A stretch of 64,000 nt of DNA from Myxococcota bacterium. GTDB lineage: Bacteria; Myxococcota_A; UBA796; UBA2385. Below the pieces are notes generated by a model that saw only the letters and a program-made list of their open reading frames with translations, was not told the DNA's origin and made no database searches. This document shows positions 9,135 to 18,600 of the stretch, in pieces. The translations under genes were made by a program, and so were the position numbers. The stretch is from contig JBIJDH010000015.1 in assembly GCA_044344255.1 (NCBI GenBank), positions 32,001 to 96,000 of the forward strand, in the 5' to 3' direction. Every line of letters starts with the position of its first letter. The first letter of the stretch is position 1.

Positions 9135-10004
9135 ATGTCGCGCCCTGTTCGCCCCCCCCATCCCCGCCGGCCCTCGCTCGCCTCGCCGTCGCGGAGCGCG
9201 GTGGACTGGGACGATCTGGAGGACGACGCGGCCGCGGAGGAGGGCGCGCGTGCGCCGGCGGACGGCCTCGTCGACGAGGCCGAGCTGGGGGACTCCCCCA
9301 CCGAGGGGGCCGACCCGGCCGAGTCGACGGGTGAGCTCGGCGATGAAGACCACCGGGTCGGCTCCGCAGACGACACGGCAGGCGACACGGCAGGCGACAC
9401 GGAAGACGACACGGAAGACGACGCGGAAGACGACGCGGAAGACGAGGACGTCGAAGACGCGCCCACCGAGGGCTCGGTGGGGGGCGGCCTCCAGGACGAG
9501 CTCACCGAGCTGGACGACGGGCCGCAGGGGGGAGCGGGTGAAGACCCCCTCCTCGAGGATGCCGCCGTCTCGCCCGAGCCCGAGGGCCGCCTCGCGTGGT
9601 CGGCGCTGGAAGACGAGGCCGCCCGCCCCGCCCTCCGTGCGGTCGATAGCCGGGTGCTCGTCGGCTACGAAGAGGTGGTCGGCCTCCCCGAGCTCGGCGG
9701 GGCCGATGTCGTGGCGCGCTGCGACACCGGAGAGGCCACCTCTACCCTCTTCGCCGAGGTCGAAGCCGGGGGGCTCCGACTGCAGGGGCACCGGCTCCCC
9801 GTGGCCCTCGAGCCCGCGGTCTCGGCCGAGGTGGGGGTGGTCCTGGTGACCTCGGTCTCGATGGGCGGGCGGGTCGAGCGGGTGCGGCTCCGCGTGATCC
9901 CCGTCGAGGAGCCGGGCGTGGAGGCCCTCGTGGTGCTGGGCCGGGACGCGCTCGGCCCCGCCTGGATCGTCGACGCCGGGCGCCGCTTCATCCACCGGCG
10001 CTAG
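9135..10004 (+). CDS. RimK-associated (retropepsin-like) putative protease with long acidic N-terminal extension
   Basis: LVGYEEVVGLPELG..ARCDTGEATSTL...VLGRDAL...VDAGRRF; start uncertain. Confidence 0.65.
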   Translation: MSRPVRPPHPRRPSLASPSRSAVDWDDLEDDAAAEEGARAPADGLVDEAELGDSPTEGADPAESTGELGDEDHRVGSADDTAGDTAGDTEDDTEDDAEDDAEDEDVEDAPTEGSVGGGLQDELTELDDGPQGGAGEDPLLEDAAVSPEPEGRLAWSALEDEAARPALRAVDSRVLVGYEEVVGLPELGGADVVARCDTGEATSTLFAEVEAGGLRLQGHRLPVALEPAVSAEVGVVLVTSVSMGGRVERVRLRVIPVEEPGVEALVVLGRDALGPAWIVDAGRRFIHRR

Positions 10005-10014
10005 GGGTAGGGCG

Positions 10015-11781
10015 ATGCGTGTCTTGGTTCGCCTCCTCCGGGACTGGTGCCGCCCCCACTTGCTGAGCTTCCTCGGCGGGGTGCTCTTCCTGTTCCTGAC
10101 GAACTACCTGACCGTCACCATCCCCACCGAGATCGGCGCCGCGATCGACGCGGGCGCCGCCGCTGCCGCCGGGCCCCACATCCTCGCCGTCGGGCTGATG
10201 GGGGTGGCCGTGATCCTCGTCCGCACGCTCAGCCGGGTGCTGGTGTTCAACCCCGGCCGGGACATCGAGTATCAGCTCCGCTCCGACCTCTTCGACGCCC
10301 TGCTCGCCCAGCAGCCCTCCTTCTACGCGACCCGCAGCACCGGGGATCTGGTGAGCCGCGGCTCGTCTGACCTCACCTTCGTCCGCGCGATGGTGGGCTT
10401 CGGCTTCATGCAGGTGGTCAACGTCACCTTCGCCGTCCTGCTCACCGGCTGGCGGATGCTCACGCTCTCCCCTTCGCTCACCCTGGGCGCGGTGCTCCCG
10501 CTGATCGTGGGCCTGGTGGTCGTGAATTCGGCGGTCGGCAAGGTCTTCAACTACGGGCGCCTCGCCCAGCAGCAGCTCGGCCAGGTCAGCGATCAGGTGC
10601 TGACGAGCTTTCAGGGGGTGGCCACCATCCAGGGCTTCGTCGCGAAGGACGCCTTCCTCCAGCGCTTCGACGAGAAGTGCGAGGCCCTGCTCCGCACCCG
10701 CGTGGCCACCAGCCTCCTCGGCGCCTTCGCCTTCCCGGCCCTGGTGCTCGCGGGCTCCATCTCTGTCTTCGTCGTGCTCTTTGTAGGCGGCCCGATGGCG
10801 GTCCGCGGTGAGCTCTCGGTCGGCGACATCGCCGCCTTCGCCACCCTGCTCGGGGTGCTGCTGCCGCCCCTCCGCTCCATCGGCTGGATGCTCTCGGTGA
10901 TCCAGACCGGCCTCGCCTCGCTGACCCGCATCTTTGAGATCCTCGACGCCCCCGTGGAGCGACCCGAGGGCGACCGGCCCGAGGCCGTCCCGGGGGGCGG
11001 TGGCCCCGGCTTTACCGTGCGGGGGCTCTCTTTCGCCTATCCGGACGCCCCCGAGCGGCGGGTGCTCGACGGGCTCAGCCTCGACATCCGCCCGGGGACG
11101 GTGGTGGGCATCTTCGGTCGCACCGGCAGCGGCAAGACCTCCCTGCTCCGCCTGCTGGCGCGGCTCTACAACGCGCCCGAGGGCTCGATCGTGGTCAGCG
11201 GGCCCGACGGCAGCTCGGCCGACCTCTCCCGCCTCGACCTCCGCGCCTGGCGGCGCAGCCTCTCGATGGCGCCGCAGCGGCCCTTCCTCTTCAGCGACAC
11301 CATCACCGAGAACGTCGCCCTGTCCGAACCCGTAGACCCCTCGGCCGTGCGAGAGGCGGTCGACAAGGCGGCGCTCGCGATCGACCTCGCCGCCCTCCCT
11401 GACGGCCTCCGCACGGTGGTGGGCGAGCGCGGGATCATGCTCTCCGGCGGGCAGCGCCAGCGGGTGGCCCTGGCGCGGGCGATGTACCGCCGATCGGACC
11501 TCATCCTGCTCGACGACGTGCTGTCCGCCGTCGATCACGAGACGGAGGCGCGCCTGCTCCTGGCGCTGCGGGCCCTCGGCGACGGGCGGGAGAGGGGCCG
11601 CCCGACCGTGCTCATCGTCAGCCACCGGGTCTCCGCCCTCCGCGACGCCGACCATGTCTTCGTGCTCGACCAGGGGCGGCTCGTCGACGAGGGCCGCCCC
11701 GACGACCTCTTCCAGCGGCCCGGCCTGTTCCGCGAGGCCTGGCTCGGCCAGACCCCGGCCGACGAGGAGCTGAGCCGATGA
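10015..11781 (+). CDS. Heterodimeric ABC exporter subunit A (TMD-NBD, MdlA/TM287-like)
   Basis: Walker A GRTGSGKT, LSGGQRQR, degenerate Walker B ILLDD. Confidence 0.9.
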   Translation: MRVLVRLLRDWCRPHLLSFLGGVLFLFLTNYLTVTIPTEIGAAIDAGAAAAAGPHILAVGLMGVAVILVRTLSRVLVFNPGRDIEYQLRSDLFDALLAQQPSFYATRSTGDLVSRGSSDLTFVRAMVGFGFMQVVNVTFAVLLTGWRMLTLSPSLTLGAVLPLIVGLVVVNSAVGKVFNYGRLAQQQLGQVSDQVLTSFQGVATIQGFVAKDAFLQRFDEKCEALLRTRVATSLLGAFAFPALVLAGSISVFVVLFVGGPMAVRGELSVGDIAAFATLLGVLLPPLRSIGWMLSVIQTGLASLTRIFEILDAPVERPEGDRPEAVPGGGGPGFTVRGLSFAYPDAPERRVLDGLSLDIRPGTVVGIFGRTGSGKTSLLRLLARLYNAPEGSIVVSGPDGSSADLSRLDLRAWRRSLSMAPQRPFLFSDTITENVALSEPVDPSAVREAVDKAALAIDLAALPDGLRTVVGERGIMLSGGQRQRVALARAMYRRSDLILLDDVLSAVDHETEARLLLALRALGDGRERGRPTVLIVSHRVSALRDADHVFVLDQGRLVDEGRPDDLFQRPGLFREAWLGQTPADEELSR

Positions 11782-13595
11782 GCGCCGCCTCGCCCAAGCC
11801 CCCCGAGAACGACGCGCTGGAGCGGGCCACCGCCTCGGACTGGAGCCTGCTCCGCCGGAGCTGGACCTGGGCGCGCCCCGACGCCCCGCTCTTCGCCTGG
11901 GCCCTCTTCGTGACCCCCGCCATCGCCGCGATCAACCTCGCCCAGCCGTGGCTGATGAAGCGGACCATCGACGAGCACATCGTGCCGGGGCTGATCCCCG
12001 GCCTCGCGGGCATGGCCCTGGCCTACCTCGGCGCCGTCGTCGGCGGCTACCTGCTCGAGGCGACCTACGCCATCGCCCTCGCTCATGCCGGCCAGCGCAC
12101 CATCCTCCGCATCCGCCGGGCGCTCTTCAGCCACATCCTCGACCTGCCGCTCTCCTTCTTTGACCGCCAGCCGGCCGGCAAGCTGCTCACGCGCGTCACG
12201 AGCGACGTGGAGTCCCTCGGCGACACGCTCGCCGCCGGGGTGGTGAACATCCTCCTCGACCTGCTGCTCATCGTCGGCACGCTGGCGGCGATGTTCTGGC
12301 TCGACTGGCGACTGTCGATCCTGCTGCTCGCCCTCGCGGTGCCCCTGCTCGGCCTGCTCAACGCGCTGCGCGCCCGAATGCGGGAGCTGTTCATCGAGAC
12401 CCGCGAGGCCATCGCCGCGGTGAACACCTTCCTCGCCGAGCGGGTGGACGGCGTACAGGTGGTGCAGCTCTTTGGGGTGGAGGCCCTGTCGAAGCGGCGC
12501 TTCGACGTGCCGAACCGGCGCTACTGCGACTCCACCAAGACGGCGAACATCTATGACTCGGGCATGTACGCCATCGTGGATGGCGCCTCCAGCGTCTTCG
12601 TCGGCGTGATCCTCTGGTATGGCACGGGGCACGCGGCGGAGTGGCTGGCCCAGCACGGCGTCACGATCGACATGGAGCCGCTCAGCGCGGGCCTGCTCGT
12701 GGCCTTCATGGATTACCTCGACCGCCTCTTCCGCCCCCTCCGAGAGCTGTCGGGGAAGGTGGCCGTCCTCCAGCGGGCCGCCGCCTCGCTCTCGAAGATC
12801 TTCTGGCTCTTTGAGACCGCGAGGGTCCAAGACCCCGGTCAGGAGCCCCTCCCCGCGGTGAAGGGCCGGGTCACCTTCAAGGACCTCCGCTTCCGGTACC
12901 GGGAAGACGGCGAGGACGTGCTCCAGGGCATCAACCTCGAGCTCGCGCCTGGCGAGGTGGTCGCGCTCGTCGGCGCCACGGGCTCCGGCAAGACCACCCT
13001 CTCCCGCCTGCTCGACCGCAGCTACGACGGCTACCGGGGCAGCCTCTGCATCGACGGGCACGAGGTCTCGGGGCTCCGCCTCGATGACCTCCGGCGGCGC
13101 GTCTCCGCGGTCCGCCAGGACCTGGTGGTCTTCAGCGACACGCTGCGCTTCAACGTCGACCTCGGCGACCCGACGATCACCGAGGCCAAACGAGACGAGG
13201 TCGCCACCCAGGTCCACGCGCGTCGTTTTGTCGATCGGCTCGGCTGGGACCACGTGCTGCGCGAGCACGGGGCCGACCTCTCGGTGGGGGAGGGGCAGCT
13301 CCTCACCTTCGCCCGCACCCTCGCCCACAGCCCCGACATCATCGTGCTCGACGAGGCCACCGCCTCCGTCGACAGCGCCACCGAGGCCCTCGTGCAGGAG
13401 GCCATCGCCCACGTCCTCACGGGCCGAACGGTGCTCGTCATCGCCCACCGCCTCTCGACGGTCCAGCGGGCCGACCGCATCGCCGTGATGGAGGGCGGCC
13501 GCATCGCGGAGCTGGGCACGCACGCCGAGCTGATGGCCCTCTCCGGTCGATACGCCGCGCTGGTGCAGGCCGGTCGCGGCGCCCTCCTGGCCTGA
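11778..13595 (+). CDS. Heterodimeric ABC exporter subunit B (TMD-NBD, MdlB/TM288-like)
   Basis: GATGSGKT, degenerate signature LSVGEGQL, IVLDEAT, IAHRLST; ATGA overlap with subunit A. Confidence 0.9.
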   Translation: MSAASPKPPENDALERATASDWSLLRRSWTWARPDAPLFAWALFVTPAIAAINLAQPWLMKRTIDEHIVPGLIPGLAGMALAYLGAVVGGYLLEATYAIALAHAGQRTILRIRRALFSHILDLPLSFFDRQPAGKLLTRVTSDVESLGDTLAAGVVNILLDLLLIVGTLAAMFWLDWRLSILLLALAVPLLGLLNALRARMRELFIETREAIAAVNTFLAERVDGVQVVQLFGVEALSKRRFDVPNRRYCDSTKTANIYDSGMYAIVDGASSVFVGVILWYGTGHAAEWLAQHGVTIDMEPLSAGLLVAFMDYLDRLFRPLRELSGKVAVLQRAAASLSKIFWLFETARVQDPGQEPLPAVKGRVTFKDLRFRYREDGEDVLQGINLELAPGEVVALVGATGSGKTTLSRLLDRSYDGYRGSLCIDGHEVSGLRLDDLRRRVSAVRQDLVVFSDTLRFNVDLGDPTITEAKRDEVATQVHARRFVDRLGWDHVLREHGADLSVGEGQLLTFARTLAHSPDIIVLDEATASVDSATEALVQEAIAHVLTGRTVLVIAHRLSTVQRADRIAVMEGGRIAELGTHAELMALSGRYAALVQAGRGALLA

Positions 13596-13742
13596 GCCGC
13601 GGGCGACGCGACCGGCAGGCCGGCGAGGGACGGGCTATCCTGGCCGGAGGCGCCGCGACTCCAGAGCCCGCGTCGCCCTCGGCTGCCCCGAAGGGTCCAG
13701 CCCTCGAGCTCGAGCCCAGGGTGCCTTCATCTCGGAGATCTG

Positions 13743-14435
13743 ATGCGCCTGTACGCCACGCCCGTCCTCCTGCTCCTAGGCTGCTCGATCTTCGACAAGG
13801 GCGGCGCCGGGCTCGGCGAGGGGACGGAGCCCCAGCCCGCAGACGACACCGCGGCCGCAGAGGGCGACGCGGACACCGACGCCGACGCCGACGGGGACAC
13901 CGACGCCGACGCCGACGGGGACTCCGATGCAGACGCCGACGGGGACAGCGACGCCGACACCGACGCCGACTCTGACGTGGACTGCACCGAGGACGTCGCC
14001 CCGCCTGACCCCATCGACGCCTGCGTGACCGACACCATCCGCTGCGGAGACCACATCACCAGCACCACGGCGCGGGGCACCAAGGTCTTCGCCGAGGCCG
14101 ACTACGAGGCCTGGTTCTGTAACTACGGCGAGTCTACAGACTACGCAGGGCAGGAGCGGGTCTACGAGTTCGTCCACCCCGGCACCGGCGATGTGCAGTT
14201 CATCCTCGACGCCCCCTGCGAAGACCTCGACCTCTTTGTTTTCCGCTGGGACTACTGGGACTCCGAGGGGAGCTGTCCCACCGCTGACAACAGCGTCCCC
14301 GAGTGCGAGGTCGATGACTCGAGCGGCGGCGGCGAGGTCAGCGTCTGGCAAGACAAAGAGGCGCACTACCTTATCTCGGTAGACGGTCGGGTGCCGGTGG
14401 ACACGCAGTTTACGCTGTCCGTGATTTGCCCCTAA
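13743..14435 (+). CDS. Cys-rich lipoprotein with DADAD linker
   Basis: Lipobox LLGC; (DA/DT/DG/DS)n linker; C-terminal domain paralogous to 14464-15078. Confidence 0.75.
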   Translation: MRLYATPVLLLLGCSIFDKGGAGLGEGTEPQPADDTAAAEGDADTDADADGDTDADADGDSDADADGDSDADTDADSDVDCTEDVAPPDPIDACVTDTIRCGDHITSTTARGTKVFAEADYEAWFCNYGESTDYAGQERVYEFVHPGTGDVQFILDAPCEDLDLFVFRWDYWDSEGSCPTADNSVPECEVDDSSGGGEVSVWQDKEAHYLISVDGRVPVDTQFTLSVICP

Positions 14436-14463
14436 TCTGTGTCTGATTTCCTCAGGAGTCTCC

Positions 14464-15078
14464 ATGGCCCTTCGATTGGTCCTGCTCACCCTCCTCGCAG
14501 GCTGTGAGCTGTTCGGCTCAGACAAGGGCAGCTCGTCGGACACCGGCGCCATCGGAGGAGAAGGAGAAGGAGAGGGTGAAGGCGAAGGGGAAGGCGAAGG
14601 GGAGGGGGACGGCGGCAGCAGCGACGTCGACTGCGACAGCCCGCCCGAGCCCGAGAGTTACGATGACGGCTGCATCACCGCCGAGCTTGAGTGCGGAGAC
14701 AGCCTCGTCTCGATCACCACCGGCGGCACCTCGCAGCTCAGCGAGGATCAATACTCGAGCTTCTGGGCCTGCGAGGTGGTCGATCCGGGCAGCTACGAGG
14801 GGCCCGAGCGGATGTTCGCCTTCATCCACCCGGGAGACGGCGAGGTCACGATCCAGCTCGACAGCCCCTGTGAAGACCTCGACCTCTTCGTGATGCACTG
14901 GGAGGACACCGGCGACTGCCTCCGCGAGGGCGTCTCGGTGGGGGAGTGTGACGCCGACATCAGCGGCGGCGGCGGCGCCATCACCGTCTGGAACAACGAG
15001 GTGGCCCGCTACGTGGTGGTGGTCGAGGGGCATGACGGAGAGGAGGCCCCCTTCGGCCTCGCCCTCACCTGCCCCTGA
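14464..15078 (+). CDS. Cys-rich lipoprotein with (GE)n linker, tandem paralog
   Basis: Lipobox LAGC; shared F-x-HPG-x-G-x-V, PCEDLDLFV and terminal CP; RBS AGGAG. Confidence 0.75.
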   Translation: MALRLVLLTLLAGCELFGSDKGSSSDTGAIGGEGEGEGEGEGEGEGEGDGGSSDVDCDSPPEPESYDDGCITAELECGDSLVSITTGGTSQLSEDQYSSFWACEVVDPGSYEGPERMFAFIHPGDGEVTIQLDSPCEDLDLFVMHWEDTGDCLREGVSVGECDADISGGGGAITVWNNEVARYVVVVEGHDGEEAPFGLALTCP

Positions 15079-15132
15079 CCGGGGCGGCCCTCACCAATCC
15101 TTGAGCACCGCCCCTGACCGGGGCGGCCCTCA
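15071..15132. repeat. 23-bp direct repeat x2 spanning a convergent stop-codon junction
   Basis: GCCCCTGACCGGGGCGGCCCTCA at 15071-15093 and 15110-15132. Confidence 0.9.
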
Positions 15133-16434
15133 GGTGCGGCTGGTCAGCGCGATGAGCGCGGGCATGCCGCCCTCGGCGAAGGCCCGCCGCGCGTCCTGGG
15201 CGGGGTTGCTCCGGCGGGACAGGCGGCCCATGAGCGGCTCGAGGTAGACCTCCTCACCGCGCCCCCGGGCCACGAGGCCGTCGATGCAGCGCCGGAGGAT
15301 GCCCTCGAGCAAGCCCGGGGTGGGCTCCTCGGCGGCGAGGCCGTCCCGCACGGCGCGGCCATGCCAGGCGTGGAGCTGCGCCCAGGCCTCGTCGCCCATG
15401 GACTCGTGGATGTACCGGCTGATCTCAAAGCCGGCTTCGACGAGCGCGAAGCCGAGGGCCGCCGCGGCCATCGTCTCGGGGATCGGCTGCTGGCAGGCCG
15501 AGCGCATCTCGATGGTGCCGTGGGCGCTGCGCGGGCGGGCCGCGTTCCAGATGTAGTGCTCGTGGAGGAGGAAGTCCGTCCAGGCGATGGGGGCGTCGGG
15601 CCCGCCGAGCGTGGCGAGGTGCTCGATAAAAGACTGGCGCGGCGGGATCAGGTTCTCGTCGTCTCGGCGCACCATCAGCAGATCCTGGCGGGCCAGCCGA
15701 TACATCATCGCGCTCAGGTCGGCGTCGGGGGCGCCTGGCATGCCGTGGCGCCAGGTGCCGGAGTGGATCTGCCCCATCTGATGCTCTCGCGAGCTGCACA
15801 CGCCCTGGTCACGCCCCTCGAAGATCGGGGAATTGCCGCACAGGGCCACGGTGACCGGGGCCATCGCGTTGCCGATGTTGGTCAGCGGCACGATCTCGTC
15901 GCGGCCGACACAGGCGTGCACCTGATCGCTGGCCGTCAGGGTGAACCAGAGCCAGGGCTGGCCGATCGACTCCAGCAGCACGCCGTAGCGCTTCTTCGGG
16001 GCCATGAAGGTCGGGGTGGCCGGGGTGAGCGGCTGGATGCCGTAGCCGAGCACGAGGAAGCCCCGCCGCGCGGCGGCCTCCTGGAGGCGGTCGAGCCCCT
16101 CCCGGTGGAGGGCGGCGATGCCGTGCAGGTCTTCGGAGGGGCCGACGATGAGCTCGATCGTGCCGCGACCCACCTCGGCGCAGTAGCCGAAGCGCGGCCC
16201 GTCCACCGCCGTGACGAGCGTGCCCTCGTGGTGGGTCTCGAAGCCCGCTCCTCCGAGCAGCGGCCAGAGCTCCGACACGTCCGCCGCCGTGCCGTCGGGG
16301 TTCACGACCGGGTACTCCGACTCTCGGCCGACCGTCCGGAGCGCGGGCCGGGTGGCGGAGAAGCCGCTGCTGAAGCGCTCCCCGAGCCTCTTCATCCAAT
16401 CGGCGATCTCGGGCAGCGGGTAGGCGGGCATCAT
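15130..16434 (-). CDS. Glutamate--cysteine ligase family (GCS2/EgtA-like) protein
   Basis: [56 protein letters not shown] 16434/16431. Confidence 0.8.
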   Translation of the reverse strand: MMPAYPLPEIADWMKRLGERFSSGFSATRPALRTVGRESEYPVVNPDGTAADVSELWPLLGGAGFETHHEGTLVTAVDGPRFGYCAEVGRGTIELIVGPSEDLHGIAALHREGLDRLQEAAARRGFLVLGYGIQPLTPATPTFMAPKKRYGVLLESIGQPWLWFTLTASDQVHACVGRDEIVPLTNIGNAMAPVTVALCGNSPIFEGRDQGVCSSREHQMGQIHSGTWRHGMPGAPDADLSAMMYRLARQDLLMVRRDDENLIPPRQSFIEHLATLGGPDAPIAWTDFLLHEHYIWNAARPRSAHGTIEMRSACQQPIPETMAAAALGFALVEAGFEISRYIHESMGDEAWAQLHAWHGRAVRDGLAAEEPTPGLLEGILRRCIDGLVARGRGEEVYLEPLMGRLSRRSNPAQDARRAFAEGGMPALIALTSRT

Positions 16435-16451
16435 GGGGGGCTCCGGGGCGC

Positions 16452-17330
16452 TCAAGCGAGGGTCGAAGGGGAGGGGGGCGAAGCGGAGAGGCTCGAAGGG
16501 GAGAGGCTCGAAGGGGAGAAGGTGGAGAGGAGCTCCGGCAGGCGGTCGTGGTGTGAACAGACGAGATCCGCCTGCGTCGAGCTGCTGCCCCGATCGATGA
16601 TCCCGGTGTAGAGCACCGCGCGGCCGCCCACGCCCTTGGGGCCGAGGACGTCGTTGGACTCGCGATCTCCGACGTGCGCCACCTGGCTCGTGGGCAGGCC
16701 GAAGGCCGCGGCCGCCTGCTCGAAGACGGCGGGCGCGGGCTTGCTCGCTCCGGCCTCGTCGGAGAACACGAAGACCTCGAAGAAGCGCAGCAGATCGAGG
16801 CCCTGGAGGATGGCGCGGATGCCCGTACCGGGGGTGACGATGGCGTCCGAGATGATGCCGAGGCGGTAGCGCCCGGAGAGGGCCTCGAGCATCCGGTGGA
16901 CGCCGGGGGCGGGGTCGGGCGGGTGCTCCACCTCCATCGTGGCGAGCCGCTCGATCAGGGCCGGCGTGCCGGGGGTGGCCTCGACGCCCAGCGCCGCGAA
17001 GGCGACGGCGAGGCGGTGGTCGAGGCCCGGCGTGCGGGAGAGGACCTTCCACTGGTGCTGGAAGTCGGCGAGGGAGCGCTCCCAGGCCTGCGCCGCGGCC
17101 GCCTCGCTGAGGTGCGGGTGGTGGGCCCGGACCTCGGCGGTGAAGGCGGCCACGCGCGCCGCGGCCTTGGAGGGCAGGCCGAGCGCGGCGCGGCGCGGCT
17201 CGTCGGAGTCATCGATGATCAGCGTGTCCCAGACATCGAAGGTCAGGGCCTCGACCGCGCGGCCGACGGGGGTGCCCCGCGTGGAGGGGCTCGGAGCGGC
17301 GGTCTGCGCGCGGTCAGCGGTCATCGACAC
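16452..17330 (-). CDS. HAD-superfamily hydrolase
   Basis: FDVWDTLI, GIISD, SKPAPAVF, HVGDRESNDVLG. Confidence 0.9.
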   Translation of the reverse strand: MSMTADRAQTAAPSPSTRGTPVGRAVEALTFDVWDTLIIDDSDEPRRAALGLPSKAAARVAAFTAEVRAHHPHLSEAAAAQAWERSLADFQHQWKVLSRTPGLDHRLAVAFAALGVEATPGTPALIERLATMEVEHPPDPAPGVHRMLEALSGRYRLGIISDAIVTPGTGIRAILQGLDLLRFFEVFVFSDEAGASKPAPAVFEQAAAAFGLPTSQVAHVGDRESNDVLGPKGVGGRAVLYTGIIDRGSSSTQADLVCSHHDRLPELLSTFSPSSLSPSSLSASPPSPSTLA

Positions 17331-17410
17331 CTCCGGCCCCGCCTATCACCCGCCCCGTCGATGGACATGCCCGGACGCGACGGATAGACGGCGCCCCCCC
17401 TGGAGGTCCG

Positions 17411-18517
17411 ATGAGCACGATCGAAGCACCCCGCCCGTCCGCTGGCACTCCGCTCTTTACGGGCTCCACGAAGTCGGGCGGTGCCCCCCGGATCGCGGTC
17501 GTCCCCGGTGACGGCATCGGCGGGGAGGTGATCGAGCAGGGATGCCGAGTGCTCCAGGCCCTTTGGCCCGAGGTCGTGCTCGAGCACTTTGACCTCGGCG
17601 CAGACCGCTACCTCCGCACGGGTGAGACCCTGCCCGACAGCGTCTTCGAGAGGTGGAAGGCCGAGTTTGACGCCATCTACCTCGGAGCCCTGGGCGATCC
17701 CCGCGTCCCGTCCAACGTGCACGCCAAGGACATCCTCCTCGGCAGCCGCTTCCGCCTTGACCTCTACATCAATTTCAGACCGGTGAAGCTGCTCGATCCG
17801 CGGCGCTGCCCGCTGAAGGACAAGGGCACCGAGCATGTGGACATGGTGTTCTTCCGCGAGAACACGGAAGACCTCTATACGGGTATCGGCGGACAGTTCA
17901 AGCGGGGCACCGCCGATGAGATCGCGATCGAAGAGAGCATCAACACCCGCAAGGGCGTCGAGCGCATCATCCGGGCGGCCTTCTCCTGGGCGGCGGCCAA
18001 CGGCCGGCGGCAGGTGTGCCTGGTCGACAAGAGCAACGCGATGCGCCACGGGCACGACCTCTGGCAGCGGGTCTTCAAGATCGTGGCCGCGGAGTATCCC
18101 GGGCTGAAGACGCGCCACCTCTACGTGGACGCGGCGGCGATGGAGATGGTGCGCGCGCCGGAGACGCTGGACGTGCTCGTCACGCCGAACCTCTTTGGTG
18201 ACGTGCTCACCGACATCGGCGCCATCCTCCAGGGGGGCATCGGTCTCGCGGCGAGCGGCAACATCCACCCCGGGCAGATCAGCCTCTTCGAGCCGGTGCA
18301 CGGCTCAGCCCCCGACATCGCGGGCAAGGGCATCGCCAACCCCTTGGCCAGCATCCTCACCGTGGGCATGATGTGCCAGGCGATGGGGCGGCCCGAGCTC
18401 GACACCCGGGTGGTCGAGGCGGTCCGCGGCTGCCTGCTCGCCGATGAGGTCACGCCGGAGCTCGGCGGCTCGCTGAGCACCGCTGCGGTCGGAGACGCCG
18501 TCCTCGCTCGGCTCTGA
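17411..18517 (+). CDS. leuB: 3-isopropylmalate / beta-decarboxylating dehydrogenase
   Basis: VVPGDGIGGEV, RENTEDLY, DKSN, NLFGDVLTD, FEPVHGSAPDIAGKGIANP; substrate not certain, no other leu genes nearby. Confidence 0.7.
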   Translation: MSTIEAPRPSAGTPLFTGSTKSGGAPRIAVVPGDGIGGEVIEQGCRVLQALWPEVVLEHFDLGADRYLRTGETLPDSVFERWKAEFDAIYLGALGDPRVPSNVHAKDILLGSRFRLDLYINFRPVKLLDPRRCPLKDKGTEHVDMVFFRENTEDLYTGIGGQFKRGTADEIAIEESINTRKGVERIIRAAFSWAAANGRRQVCLVDKSNAMRHGHDLWQRVFKIVAAEYPGLKTRHLYVDAAAMEMVRAPETLDVLVTPNLFGDVLTDIGAILQGGIGLAASGNIHPGQISLFEPVHGSAPDIAGKGIANPLASILTVGMMCQAMGRPELDTRVVEAVRGCLLADEVTPELGGSLSTAAVGDAVLARL

Positions 18518-18600
18518 GCCGCGCGGGCGCCCCCGGTTCCCCCGGCCCCCTCGCTCCCCTACCGACAGAACCCTCCCCCGCACCTCGCTCGGAGCGCACC

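Noticed and set aside
10015..13595. Degenerate Walker B and signature motifs as pseudogenisation
   Set aside because: This asymmetry is the normal pattern of heterodimeric ABC exporters
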